From NCBI RefSeq assembly GCF_009914755.1, contig NC_060931.1: 64,000 nucleotides of DNA; one strand, written 5' to 3'. The first letter of the stretch is position 1. Every line of letters starts with the position of its first letter. The notes beneath the pieces are model-generated. The model saw nothing but the letters and a program-made list of their open reading frames with translations. It was not told the DNA's origin and ran no database searches. This document shows, piece after piece, positions 11,471-24,090 of this stretch. The position numbers and the translations under genes were made by a program. The DNA is from the human T2T-CHM13v2.0 reference genome, Homo sapiens.

Positions 11471-11916
11471 GATAGACAGATACATACATACATATACATA
11501 AAGATATATATGGGTATTTATATATATATGTATAAATGGGAGTTTATTAAGTCTTAACTTACATGATTATAAGGTCTCACAGTAAGCTGTCTGCAAGCTG
11601 AGGAGCAAGGAGAGCCAGTCCAAGTCCCAAACTGAAGAACTTGGAGTCCCATGTTTGAGGGCAGGAAGCATCTGGCAGGGCAGAAAGATGTAGACTGGGA
11701 AGCTAGGGCCATCTCACTTTTTCACATTCTTCTGCCTGCTTTATATTCACTGGCAGCTGATTAGATTGTACTCACCAGATTAAGGGTGGATCTGCCTTTC
11801 CCAGACCACTGACTCAAATGTTAATCTCTTATGGCAACACCCTCACAGACATGCCCAGAATTAATACTTTGAATTCTTCAATCCAGTCAAGTTGACATGC
11901 AGTATTAACCATCACA
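11373..11916 (-). mobile_element. MLT2A (ERVL) solo LTR
   Basis: (c)gtattagtcagtgttctc...caagctgaggagcaaggagagccagtcc...gattaagggtggatctgcc...caagttgaca...attaaccatcaca. Perfect 5-bp TSD GCCTA (11368-11372 / 11917-11921). Confidence 0.92.
11407..11493. repeat. Compound tetranucleotide microsatellite (TAGA)3 TGA (TAGA)12 TGA TAGA CAGA (TACA)3 inside MLT2A
   Basis: Read directly from the sequence. Confidence 0.95.
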
Positions 11917-13551
11917 GCCTACTACACACCTAAGCTATATGGTATAGCCTATTGTATATTGTAGCCTGGACTACAAACCTGTACAGCAAGTAACTGTACT
12001 GAATACTATAGGTAGTTGCAAAACAGTGGTATTTGTGTATCTAAATACATAAAAACATACAAAAAGTACAGTAAAATTACAGTATTATAATCTTATGGAA
12101 TGGACCACTCATATGTGGACACCATCTTAGATGCAGTTTGTCCTTGACCAAACATTAAGTGGTACATGGCTGTATAAGAAAACTGCTAATAATGACACAT
12201 ACACTAAATAGCAAAAAACAAACAAACAGAAAACAAGAAACAAAAATATGGGCAAAGTGCAAAAATATAACATACAATAAAAAAGCAATTCTATGGACTT
12301 AATGACTGCCATTTGTAATTATTTCTGAACAATATGCAGCAATTGCCGCTGTGGTCTCATGGGCTCTAAAAGTTTGTTCACAAAGTGGTGGACACTGTCC
12401 CATGGCCACCCTGTGAAGTAATCTAGACTGTGCTGTTTTAATGCAGATCTTGGCATGCACAATCAGCAGCTGGGAATGAGTCATCATTAGTTATTAGTCC
12501 TAAATCAAGAAATTAAAGTCTATCAAAGCCCCTGTTGGGTACAGAGTGTATGAGGAACTCTAAACTACCACAAACTTGGGAGAAATGAATGAAAATAAAA
12601 TTATTAAAATTTCAGATATGATGAAAATGGGATCTAAAGTTTGTTTCATGTATGCATACCTATTTGGAAGCAAATTTTAATGAACAGTATTTCTTGGCCA
12701 TGTACAGGTGAAATACTTTATGTAAATGACAACTTAGGATTATACTGTTACCTTAGCTATAATGATTTCTAAAAATTTGAATGACAAAGGAACCTGTTAT
12801 CTTTCTTATTTGTTTCCACTGCTTTACTTTTTTGAGTAAGATATATAGCATTCACTTGAGAGAAATACACACGTAGTATAGAATCCTAGTCTTAAAAAAT
12901 TCTGTAATAAAAGACAACTATTAAATGTATGTGAATTCCAAATCACGTAGGTTATTTAAGATTGAAAATTTACATACTAGAAAAATTGAAGAATGTTAGT
13001 ATTCTTTAAAAAAGGTATGTTTTATATTCTACAAACGGCATACGGATAATTTTTGACAGGATCTTTAAAGATAATCCAAATTTATATATAAATTGGATTG
13101 GAGATTAAATATAACTATATACATATAGTTAGTTTTACTATCAAGTTCATGTATTTATACAAGTGTGTATAATTATATACATATTATATGCTTTATTTAT
13201 AAAAGAGAAAGAACATGTTTAAAGAAACAGTACTAGGAATTTAATGGAAAATGACTTGCAAATGCAGGGAATGAGGTATGTACCAATGGAAAATATTCAG
13301 CATACCAAAGGAGTATTGGCTCAAGTGTTGATGATGCATATATACAAAGACATTTCAACTTCCAAATTCAGTGCTGAGGAAGCAGTGATGCCAAGTCTCA
13401 GAAAGAGTTGAAGAATAATATTTACATGCTGTGTCCTTGGATGTGTTTTTGCCAAACTATATCCCTAAATGAATCCTTACGCCAGTCAGAAAATACAACA
13501 AATACAACAATAAAATATTTTGCTTTTTTAAAAAAGACAATGATTCATCAT

Positions 13552-13703
13552 GACCAGACATTGTGGCTCACGCCTGTAATCCCACCACTTAGGGAGGCAG
13601 AGGCGAGAAGATAGCTTGAACCCAGGAGATGGAGACCTGCCTGGGCAACATGGTGAGACCCTGTTCTCCACAAAAAGTAAAAAAAAGACAAACAAACAAA
13701 AAA
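13552..13703 (+). mobile_element. FLAM_C / AluJ left monomer
   Basis: gaccagacattgtggctcacgcctgtaatccc...gcctgggcaacatggtgagaccctg followed by an A-rich tail; no right arm. Confidence 0.85.
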
Positions 13704-14479
13704 CCACTGTAACTCCCCTTATCAAATGATTCATCCTGTTTAGAATATCTCTGTGAGTATCTTGGAAACCAGACTCTATACTCCTGACTACTCTTTAAGA
13801 GAATGTCAATTAGTGCAAGTTCCTCACTTGATTAAGTACTAATTTCAGTGCAAATTACGGGGAGCTCTGGCTCTACCCTTAAAGACTTTTCATTTTGCTT
13901 TCACTATCTACCAGATGAAAATTGCTCAGGAGTACTCTTTCTACCAACTGTTCTACATTTCTGGCATTCCTAAAGTGTTGGCTAGATGGACTCCAGGTTT
14001 GCCTGGTTTCTAGATCGGTACTTAGTGGACTAGATGTGTCAGGAAGCATTCCTGTTTTTGTATAATTTCCACAAAGAATTGATTTTAAGACATCTATCCA
14101 ATATGGTTTTCCTCTCTCCAAACAAGAAGAAAGTCAACACCCACAAAAACTCATATCAAATGTTCTCAAGTGTACACAGGTCACCATGGTGACTTGGCTT
14201 GGAGCTGACTATGTTCTTGTCAATGAGGTGGTAGCAATTCCAACCCCAGGAAGAATTCATTCAGAAGTATTCGTGCACTCAAGTTTATGATATAAACTTA
14301 GATTCTTTGAGTCTTGAGGTTGGTTACAACCTTATTTATCATTTATCCCCACTTTCAAGAGCAGATGCTCTCTATAAACTGTAATGGTCATAAAGACTTT
14401 GCTTCAGCCTCCCTGGAAATCAGCAGTTCAATTTCCTTGACACTTCACGCTGGCCTCTGTCTCATTTCATTATTCTATT

Positions 14480-15450
14480 CTGATCTGATCTTATCTATAA
14501 CCTCAGCTTTTATTATCATCTTAAATGTGACAGAACATAAATCTTACCTCCATTCCAGGCTTCTCCATTGAACACCAGCACTGTATAGACTATTGTCTAC
14601 CCACCTGAGCACCCCTCATGGATTTCTCACACCTTTCTCAACCTCAACATGTTCAAGGCTACCTTCCTGATTTCACCCTCAAAAGTGGCCCCATTCTGCT
14701 ATTTCCTAACCCATCTTCTACTCAGTTGCACAAAATGGAAACCAAAGCACTACCTTTGACTTTCACCTCTAATTATACCTCCAGTCCTCCCAATTTTACC
14801 TCATAAATATCAAATCTGTTAAATCTATGAACTTCTCCCATTTCCACTAATACCTCTACACAGCACAGGTAGCCTAACTGATTTTACCACATCAGCTCTG
14901 ACCCCATCCCATATGTCTTCTATACTGAAACCAGAGCAGTCTTTTCAGAAGGCAAATCTGCTTCAGATCTGTGGGTGATTCCCTCCTTTGCCAAAGTCCA
15001 GAATCCTTTATCTGGCCTAGGAGCACTTCAAGGCATAGCCCCTCCTTCCTCTCCATCCTCACCTCTCACCACACTCCCATGTGATTGCATAGCGCTTGCC
15101 ACATTGGCACAAGCCACACCTGTCCTCATCATGCACCCCCTGCTAAAGGACCTTTGCACATGCACTTAATCATACTTTGCCTGGAAAGCTCTCCTCACCC
15201 ATCATTACCTGGATAGCTCCTAAGTACCCTTTGCATCTCAGATCCAGGATGAGACTTTCTGGTATACCTCCCTGAGTGTTCTAACTACATCAAATCCCCT
15301 ACTATAGCCCCCATAGCAATTTTCATAGCTGAAATTTTATTTATGCATGAGAGATCATTTGACTAAATTTTTGTCTCCACCTATAGAATATACGCTTTGA
15401 AAATTCAAAGACCACATCTACATTTGTTCACCTAAGACAGTGCTTTATAC
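14480..15450 (+). mobile_element. L2 (LINE2) 3' region
   Basis: CT-rich L2 phrases: ctcaacatgttcaag, ctactcagttgcacaaa, cctttgcacatgc, cctggaaagctctcc, tgtctccacctatagaat. Confidence 0.7.
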
Positions 15451-16039
15451 ATGATCACTCTTCTCTCACTAACATTTTTTCCTTACTTTCTAGATATCTA
15501 AATTTGAGAAAGTTATTTAATTTCTTCATATGTAAAGACAGTCAATATCTATATATACATAGTATTGCTATAAATTATATATATATTTATACAAGCACTA
15601 ATTTGAGGATTAGAAGTAATTAGAGTTTGAAAAGCTCCTAGCAGAGTGCCTGACAAAGAGGAGTACTCAAAGTTGTATATGTGTAACACTTACTGTCATG
15701 GAAAACTGAAATAGAGACCAAAGATTTCAGAGCTTTTAGCCTTCACTTTGCAGAGTCCTAAGTGTCCTGTAAACCCAGCCGGTGCTTTTCTGAAATAAGT
15801 GAGACTTCTGGAAACTCCAGACCATTTCCTCAATAAAGGGAATTAACTATGAAACACTCCAGATAGAATATAATTATTCTTTTCTTTTGAGACATTGCTC
15901 AAATCATTTTAGCGTTTTGCTTAAATAGTCACGTAAATTACAGTAATAAGGTTATTCATATCTTACACTGTTCTAGCTCATTTTACATTCCAGGTATTTT
16001 TTTAGATCTGGTGTTAATCATATGAGAAATTTTTGTACT

Positions 16040-16130
16040 TATTTTATAGATGAGGAACTGGAAGCTCTCTGAGATCAAGTAATTGCCCAAGGTCACAGAT
16101 GCATGTGGAATAGCCAAGACTCAAATCTAA
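16040..16130 (-). mobile_element. MIR core
   Basis: attttatagatgaggaactg...aattgcccaaggtcacag. Confidence 0.7.
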
Positions 16131-16199
16131 AAGTGGTTAATTATACAGCAAGCACCTGAGAAGCAGCTTGACCTGGTTTCCTCGGTCTAAACCTCTGGG

Positions 16200-16320
16200 G
16201 AATATGTATATATCTATATATGTATAATATATATGTATATGTAATGTATATTTACATATATAATATATAATATACTTATATAATGCAATATATATGTACA
16301 GTATATATTCCTATATTAAT
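16200..16320. repeat. AT-rich (TA)n-like low-complexity tract
   Basis: Read directly from the sequence. Confidence 0.8.
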
Positions 16321-17119
16321 ACCTCATTAATAGATTTCTTTTCATTGTTATTTCTATTTATGGTTTTATTGTTAATAAAACCATGGTACATTTATGATAA
16401 GTGACAATATTATTGTACAGTTGAAGTATCATACAACATTACAGCATTATTTTATTGCTAATTTCTTTGTACATCCAGCTCAAGCAGCTAGTTGAAATAT
16501 TTTCCAGGATTGCAACCCCCCAGGGGATTTTCAGGGTGACCCAAGTGATGCCTCCTGAAATGCCCAGTTTCTATGGTGCAGCCAGATAGCTGAAGAAGCT
16601 ACACCCAGACAGGCTGTGCTTGATGCTCCCCCATTGTCTGGTCCATAAATATAACAGGTGTCTGAGAGAGCTCGGGGCCTGCAGAATTTGAGGGCAAGGC
16701 CGGCTTGGGGACACAGCAAAAAGGGTCTCTTCTCCCAGCCCTTCTTTTCCACCAATGCCCTGTCCTTTATCCCCAAGACCTGCAGTCCCCAGTGAGAAGT
16801 GTTTGCCCAGCTCTCAATCCTACATTAAAGGAAACTTCCACTTTGGAGACTTGACCAGGGAGCTCTGCTTCTTGGGCCCACAGAGGCAACTTAAGTCTAG
16901 GCCTGAGTTTCCCCCCTCTTTAAACCCTCCTGAGCCTCTTACAGTTATAGAGCTTCTTGAAATTTCTATTAGATGGTCAGATACTTTGACATTAGTCTTT
17001 AAACAGAACTATTCTTATTAATCTCAAGCAAAACCATAGAAACCATTGTTAGTGGAACAAAATGCCCCTTCACAAAGTGCCTACCAATTTATACAGTGAA
17101 CATCACACATTTCACCCAA

Positions 17120-17212
17120 GCTAATCCTTATACCTACCCTATAAGGTGGACACTATTATCACTTTTTTCAGATAAGGGATATTTGATTTAGAAGTTAAAT
17201 GACTTGGCCTAT
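17120..17212 (-). mobile_element. MIR fragment
   Basis: accctataaggtggacactattatc...tttcagataagg...gaagttaaatgacttg. Confidence 0.55.
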
Positions 17213-17255
17213 ATCACTTTGATTTCCTGCACATAAGGAAACAAATTGTTCTCTC

Positions 17256-17393
17256 GCATTTATTTAATTTTAATTTTAGAGACATTGTCTCACTATGTTG
17301 CCCAGACTGGTCTCAAACTCTTGGGCTCATGTGATCCTCCTGCCTCAGCCTCCCAAGTAGCTGAGACTATAGGCACGTGCCACTATGCCTGGC
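17256..17393 (-). mobile_element. FLAM (free Alu monomer, FLAM_A-like)
   Basis: T-rich tail followed by agagacattgtctcactatgttgcccag...gcctggc. TSD TTGTTCTCTC (17246-17255 / 17394-17403). Confidence 0.85.
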
Positions 17394-18284
17394 TTGTTCT
17401 CTCAATTTAAAAGCGCACACTCAGGCAGTAGAAGATTAAGGGACCAAAAATAGAGTTGATATGTGCTTATAGTAGAGGTTATTGTATCTTCCAACCCTAA
17501 TGAGGTGGAGTTTATAAGTCAAGTCTTTCCAGGGTTACTCTCAGATAACTTCAGAATATTGTTCCAAGGTAAACAAATGCTACTTGGGGTCATGTCAGTC
17601 CAGACTAGTTGGCTACATTTTTTCCATGGGGTTGGTTGGGGCCAGCCATGAGATCCAGTGGTTTTAGTTTTTTTTTTTATTTACTTCAAAATAGCATGCC
17701 CATTCAAATGGCTACTATATTCACTTTTCAAAATAATTTATGAATAATCAAGATCTGATATGTTAGATAGAATCCAACTTGCTAAAATTAAATTCTTTCC
17801 TTCTATTTTGTGTATGTGGTGGAGGGAGGAGGGTGAGCAAATCAAAGTCATCTTTAGAAATATTTTAGGATAAATTCTGATGAAGCTGCTTGAGGTTTTC
17901 AAATTAAATTACTGAATATGAAAGCTGATGTTTCCTATAGAAAAGCAGTGTTTTCAATTTTATTTATTCACTTCCAAGAGCTCTAATCATATTTCTCACA
18001 TGAACTGTCTCAAGAGTCAGTAACAATTTTTTGATTCAAAGGAAAATCAGACCTGCAAGAAAAAGTCAGATTGAAGAGATAGGCTAGAGCTAAGGACTGT
18101 AGCAAATTACGGAGTTCCCATTAGTGAATGACATAGAGCTAGAACAGACAATTGAAGGGAGCAATAGAGAGAGATCTGTTCAGGTAAGCGGCTGGCTTAG
18201 CGTAGGAAGCACAATAAAATACTTTATCATCGGTCATTAGGCAGAGTCCTTACATCTGGATTCCAACATTATGTATCAAGCCAT

Positions 18285-18680
18285 GCTGAGTATCTTTCTC
18301 CAGCCCCTTCTGGTCCACTACATTCTCCATCCTGCTCTGTGGATTTTGGGAAGCTGACCTGTATGCATCGCATTAATATGCTTCTTAGCCATAACTAAAA
18401 CTTATCTTCTAGTTTTTAGTTGAGGTCACCCACCACAACTTGGCTGTGTCCTCCTACAAGAGGCCAACCAAGTGGCCTGCAATCTAGGTCCAGTAACTTC
18501 TCCCTCCCTTGGCCTTTCAGGCTGAAGGGTGGTAATGGCACTTCTCTGTTACTAGCCCCAGCATCTTGCACTGTTCTCTTTTGTATGGATTTCCTAAACA
18601 CCATCCTCACCTCTGTACATAGCGCCTTTATTAAACTTTCCTCAATGCATCGATTCTGAATGGATTGTTACCTACTATGT
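18285..18680 (+). mobile_element. Old ERVL LTR (LTR33-like)
   Basis: gcctttcaggctgaagggtggtaatggc...ctgttactagcccc...acctctgtacatagcgcctttattaaactttc resembles the 3' part of LTR33. Confidence 0.6.
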
Positions 18681-19884
18681 CCTTAGGTAATAAACAAGTA
18701 TTGTTTATGAAAGTAGAAAGCATAAGATTCTTTAATTTCCATGAAATGTTTAAAAGGTAATTTAGGACTCCAATTCTGAAGCGATGGATTCAAAAGCCAG
18801 AATATCAGGACGAGCACAAGGATTGAGAATTCAGAGGACAATAGAAAATTAGACATCTATTTTAGAGTTACGACTTAATTTGATGGTTTGACCAAACCAA
18901 CCAGGAGCCAATTACTACAAATTCTTTCATTTGTTCATAAAATCATTTATTCAGAAAATATTTATGGAGTGAAAGTGATTTATCTGGCTCTATTCTGGGG
19001 TTTTGAGATCCAGTACTGCACAGGGAAGATCCAAAAGTTTTTTCCATCACATAGACTGTGTAGCTGAAGCCAAGTGGATATACATAAAGATGATTTTAAA
19101 CAAAGTGTCACAGTGGTTATTTAGAAGACGGTTTTGAAATATTTACTCATTATTATAATCTGAACTCAAGATTAACATATCTTCCCAAAACGAAGACAAA
19201 GAACACATTTGCTCTACATAAATGATAAGTAGCAATGAACAAAATGAAAGAAAACATGAATCAACACTCCAAATCTCTAAAATATTTACCACTGTTCTAA
19301 AATTGAGCTCTTTTGATTGGAAAGATAAACATAACTATGAAAATCATTAGAATCACTAAGAAATTCAGATTTTGAGAATTTGAAGTTATTGCATTATATA
19401 AGCAACAGAACTAGTTCTTGTACTAGGCAGGGGCATATTTATTCTCTTTATCTGAAGGCAAGTAAGATCATCTTACTCTTTTGGAACATTTGGAAATATT
19501 TCCTAAGTTTGGTGAAGACTCTTACATTATTTAGATGCCAGTTATCTGTGAGACAAACTTAAGTATTCTGATATTTTGATTATCCCTACCTCTTGCTTCT
19601 TCTGTCCTGGTCTCCTCATCAACAAAAGTGTGAATTATAAGTTTCTTTCTGAATCAAATATAATAATGTGTTTCATTTTGTATGTTATTTCATTTGGTCA
19701 GAAATGCTCAAAGTTTAGAGGCTTAAAAACACATTAAAATGTCCACTTAAATCAAGAAGAGATAAAGATCTTTACAGACACTACCAATTACAGAATATCT
19801 CATGAATTGAGTGACTATTATTATCTGCCTCCCTTTTTAATATCATACATTTGAGAAAAACACTTTAGAAACTTAAGCTTTTTA

Positions 19885-20603
19885 AATGTAAAATGTAAAT
19901 GTATAGAGACTCTGGAAGATAATCTTGGAAATACCATTCTGGGCATAGGCCATGGCAGAGATTTCATGAAGACCCCAAACAACATTGCAACAAAAATTCG
20001 CATATGGGACCTAATTAAACTAAAGAGTTTCTGAACTGCAAAATAAACTATCAACAGAGTAAACAGACAACCACCAGAATGGGAGAAAATATTTGCAAAC
20101 CATGCATTTGACAAAGGTCTAATAGCCAGATTCTATAAGGAACTTAAACACATTAACAAGCAAAAAAACAACCTCATTAAAAGGTGGGCAAATGACACAA
20201 ATAGATAGTTTTTAAAGAAGACATATGCGCAGCCAGCAAGCATATGAAAATGCTCAACATCACTAATCACTGGAGACATCCAAATCAAAACCACAATGAA
20301 ATACCATCTCACACCAGTCAGAATGGCTATTAAAAAGTCAAAAAAATACAGATGCTTGTGGGGTTGCAGAGAATAAAGAATGTTTATACACTGCTCGTGT
20401 GAATGTAAATTAGTTCAGCTACTGTGGAAAGCAGTATGGAGATTTCTCACAGAAGTAGCGGGGCATGGTGGCATGTACCTTTAGTCCCAGCTCCTGGAGG
20501 ATGAGATGGGAGGATCGCTTGATCCCAGGAGGTGGAGGTTGCAGTGAGCCAGTCTTGCCACTGCACTCCAGCCTGGGCAACAGAGGGACACCAACACCCT
20601 GTC

Positions 20604-20634
<31 letters not shown>

Positions 20635-21200
20635 TAAAATAGAACTACCATTGAACTCAGCAATCCCATTACTGGGTAAGCACACAGAGGAAAGTAAATT
20701 GTTCTACCAAAAAGACATGTGTACTTGTATGTTCATTGCAGCACTATTCACAATAGCACAGATATGGAATCAACTTAGATGCCCATCAATGGTGGATTGG
20801 ATAAAGAAACTGAGGTACAACGTATACACCATGCAACACTATGTGGTCATAAAAAAGAATGAAATCATATCCTTTGCAGCAACATGAATGCAGCTGGAGG
20901 TCATTATCCTAGGCAAACTAATGCAGGAAGAGAAAATCAAATACTGAATGTTCTCACTTATAAGTGGGAGACAAACATTAAGGAAACATGGACACAAAGA
21001 AGGGAAAAATAGACACTAGGGCCTACTTGAGGGTGGAGGGTGGGAGGAGGGTGAGGATCATGAAACTACCTATCAGGTACTATGCTTATTACCTGGGTGA
21101 TGAAATATCTGTTCACCAAACCCCCATGACACACAATTTACCTATACAGCAAACCTGCACATGTACCCCTGAACCTAAAATAAAAGTTAAAAACAAAAAA
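19885..21200 (+). mobile_element. L1PA15/16-like 5'-truncated L1 (ORF2 C-terminus + 3' UTR), interrupted by an Alu monomer
   Basis: ORF2-like peptides (ELPLNSAIPLLG...MFIAALFTIAQIWNQLRCPS). 3' UTR runs ggcctacttgagggtggagggtggg...cctgaacctaaaataaaagttaaaaa. Confidence 0.88.
20456..20629 (+). mobile_element. Alu right monomer (FRAM / 5'-truncated AluJ) with A26 tail, inside L1
   Basis: tagcggggcatggtggca...gatcgcttgatcccaggagg...ccagcctgggcaacagag, then pure A at 20604-20629. L1 resumes with gaacttaaaatagaactacc. Confidence 0.85.
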
Positions 21201-21301
21201 GAAAGTTACTCTTTGGGAAAGGGTCAGACACAAATGATAGATCACATAAAAAGGGGAATTGCTTTTTAAAGAGATGAGATTATTTTAAAAAAAAAAAAAA
21301 T

Positions 21302-21697
<396 letters not shown>

Positions 21698-22129
21698 TTA
21701 ACAACAATAAAGCCAGACTAGAAATTAATTGCAATGTACGCAATGAAAAATATTAATGTCCTTAATATATAAACAGCTTTTGCAGATCAACAGCAAAGAG
21801 ATAAACTTCATAAACAATTGGCAGAATATATGAAATGGTGGCCCTCCAAAAACAGAAATATAAATTAAAGACTATTTGATATAGAAAAGTTTATATTCTT
21901 ATTATTAATAAAACGTAATTTAAGGCAATAAAGATATTCCATTTTATATGGATAATTATTGCATTTCTTTAAAAGGACAATTTGTAATTTCACTACATGT
22001 ACGAGTTATTTCCAGACTGCTGATGAACTTGTTTGTATTTCTGTTTTCATGAGAAATTTGAAAATTTGCAATAAAATGGTAAAAGCGAAAATTACTTTAA
22101 AAAAAAATGAAAGAGCTGCTTGTATGAAA

Positions 22130-24090
22130 ACACTAATAAAATTGGCAAACCTTTAGAAAGATGAACAAAGGAATATAAAGAGCGAATATACTAATTCCTG
22201 ATCTCAGAAGTTAAACAGCATATATCACTATACATCCTGCAAATAACCCAAAGGATGATTACAGAATGCTACAAAAAATTATGCATGTATAAAATGGACA
22301 ACTTTGATAAAACAGGTCACCTCCTTGAAAATACAAATAATCACAACTCATCCAATGTGAAGTAAATAATTTGAATAGCTCCATAACAATTAAGAAAATT
22401 GAATTAATAATTTAAAACTAATAGCCCCCCAAAAAGTCACCAGGCGAGATGGTTTCACTGGAAAATTCTACCAAACATTTAAAAAAGAAGGAAAATAGCC
22501 TTTTCACCAAATGATGCTAGAGCAATTAGACATCTACAACAAAAATGTGAACTTCAACCTAAGCCTCATACCTTATACAAAATATAATTCAAATGCATTA
22601 TAAAGTTAAAAGTAAGTATAAATTTACAAAACTTTTAGGGAAAAAAAAACAAAAAATACTTGATTTCTAAGGCTAGAAAGAGTGTCCTTAGATTTGACAT
22701 CGAAAGCATGAGCCATAAAAGGAAAAACTGATAAATGAGATTTCATAAAAATTAAAAACCGTTGCTCTCCGCAAGACTGTGGACAAGATGAAAAGAGAAG
22801 ATATGAACAGTGAGAAAATATTTGCAAAAATAGTATACAGAATATTTGAAGCGCTTTCAAACCTCCACAATAAAAAAAGCAAGCAATCGAATTAGAAAAT
22901 GAGCATAAGACATGAACAGACATTTCACAAGAGAAGATACACTGACATCAAATAAGTATTAGCCATCAGGGAAATAAAAATGAGAACCACAGTGAAATAT
23001 CACAACACACTAATGACAATGGCTAATACATACATAAACAGCACCAAATGCTGGCCAGGATGTAGGGAAATTAGATCACTCAGACATTATTAATGGGAAT
23101 GCAAAATAGTACAGTCACTCTGGAAAACAGATTGGCAGTGTCTTAAAAACCAACCACGTATTTACTATCCAACCCAGCAATTTGTACTCCTGAGTTTATC
23201 CCAGGGAAATTAAGACTTATGTTCACACAAAAATCTCATCCATGAATGTTTATACCACTTTTGTTTGTAATAGCCCCAAATTGGAAACAACTCAGATGAA
23301 CAAGTGAATGGTTGAACAAACTCTGGTATGTCATATCATGGTGTACTATTTAGCAGTACAAATAATAAACTACTGAAATATACAACAGCTTGGATGATTC
23401 CCCGGGGAATTATAGTGAATGAAAAAAATTCAATCCCAAAAGGTTATATGCATAACATTGCTAAAACTATAGAAATGTGTCCCAACCCAAATCTCATGTC
23501 GAATTGTAATCCCCAATGTTGGAGGAGGGTTCTGGTGGGAGGTAATTGGATCATGGGGACAGACTTCCCCTTTGCTGTTCTCAAGAAAGTGAGTTCTCAG
23601 GAGATTTGGTTGCTTAAAACTGTGTAGCACCGCCCACTTTGCCCTCTCTTCCTCCTGCTCTGGCCACATAAGACGTGCCCGCTTCACTTTCCCCTTCCAC
23701 CATGATTGTAAGTTTCCTGAGGCCTCCCCAGAAGCAGAAGCCTGTACAGCCTGTGGAATCATGAACCAATTAAACCTCTTTTCTCAAAAACAAAAACAAA
23801 CAAACAAAAAAGAAATGGAGACAAGATTAGTGCTGTCAGGGATTAAGGAGATGAAAGAGGGAAAGAAATGACTGCAGCTAAATGGGGACAACATGAGGGA
23901 TCCTTGTGAACCTTTAAATGTTTCACCGTCACTGTATCAATGTCAATAGTGTGGTTGTTATATTGTGCTATAGTTTTATAAGATATCATCATTGAAGGAA
24001 ACTAGGTAAAAGATACATGGAGTCTGTCTGTATTATCTCCTAAAACAATAATAATCTAAAATCATTTCAAAATTAAAAGGTAAATTTAAT
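22130..24090 (+). mobile_element. Old L1 (L1MC/MD-like) ORF2 fragments and 3' UTR with internal deletions, interrupted by MSTA
   Basis: Phrases attggcaaaccttta, gatggtttcactggaaaattctaccaaac, acatgaacagacatttcac and gacaacatgagggatccttgtg...aactaggtaaaagatacatgg. Confidence 0.75.
23476..23810 (+). mobile_element. MSTA LTR copy lacking both LTR termini, with A-rich tail
   Basis: tgtgtcccaacccaaatctcatgtcgaattgtaatcccc...gaggcctccccagaagcagaagcc...ATTAAA (23769-23774), then cctcttttctc and an A-rich tail at 23786-23810. AGAAATG flanks both sides. Confidence 0.88.

Larger units (their letters stand above)
11258..12172 (+). mobile_element. Tigger3a (Golem/MER7-type, TcMar) split by an MLT2A LTR
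   Basis: TA|CAGTCATGC...CATGGCTG|TA termini. Consensus phrases ctgagaaatg, ggtatagcctac|tacacacc, acaaacctgtacagc and tattataatcttatgg are continuous across the insertion. Confidence 0.88.

Noticed and set aside
20465-20887. 140-aa ORF and other L1/Alu/MaLR-derived ORFs (also 50352-50690, 53694-53972, 54074-54478, 23430-23762)
   Set aside because: They are read-throughs of transposon remnants (Alu + poly-Lys + L1 ORF2 end, LTR antisense), not genes.
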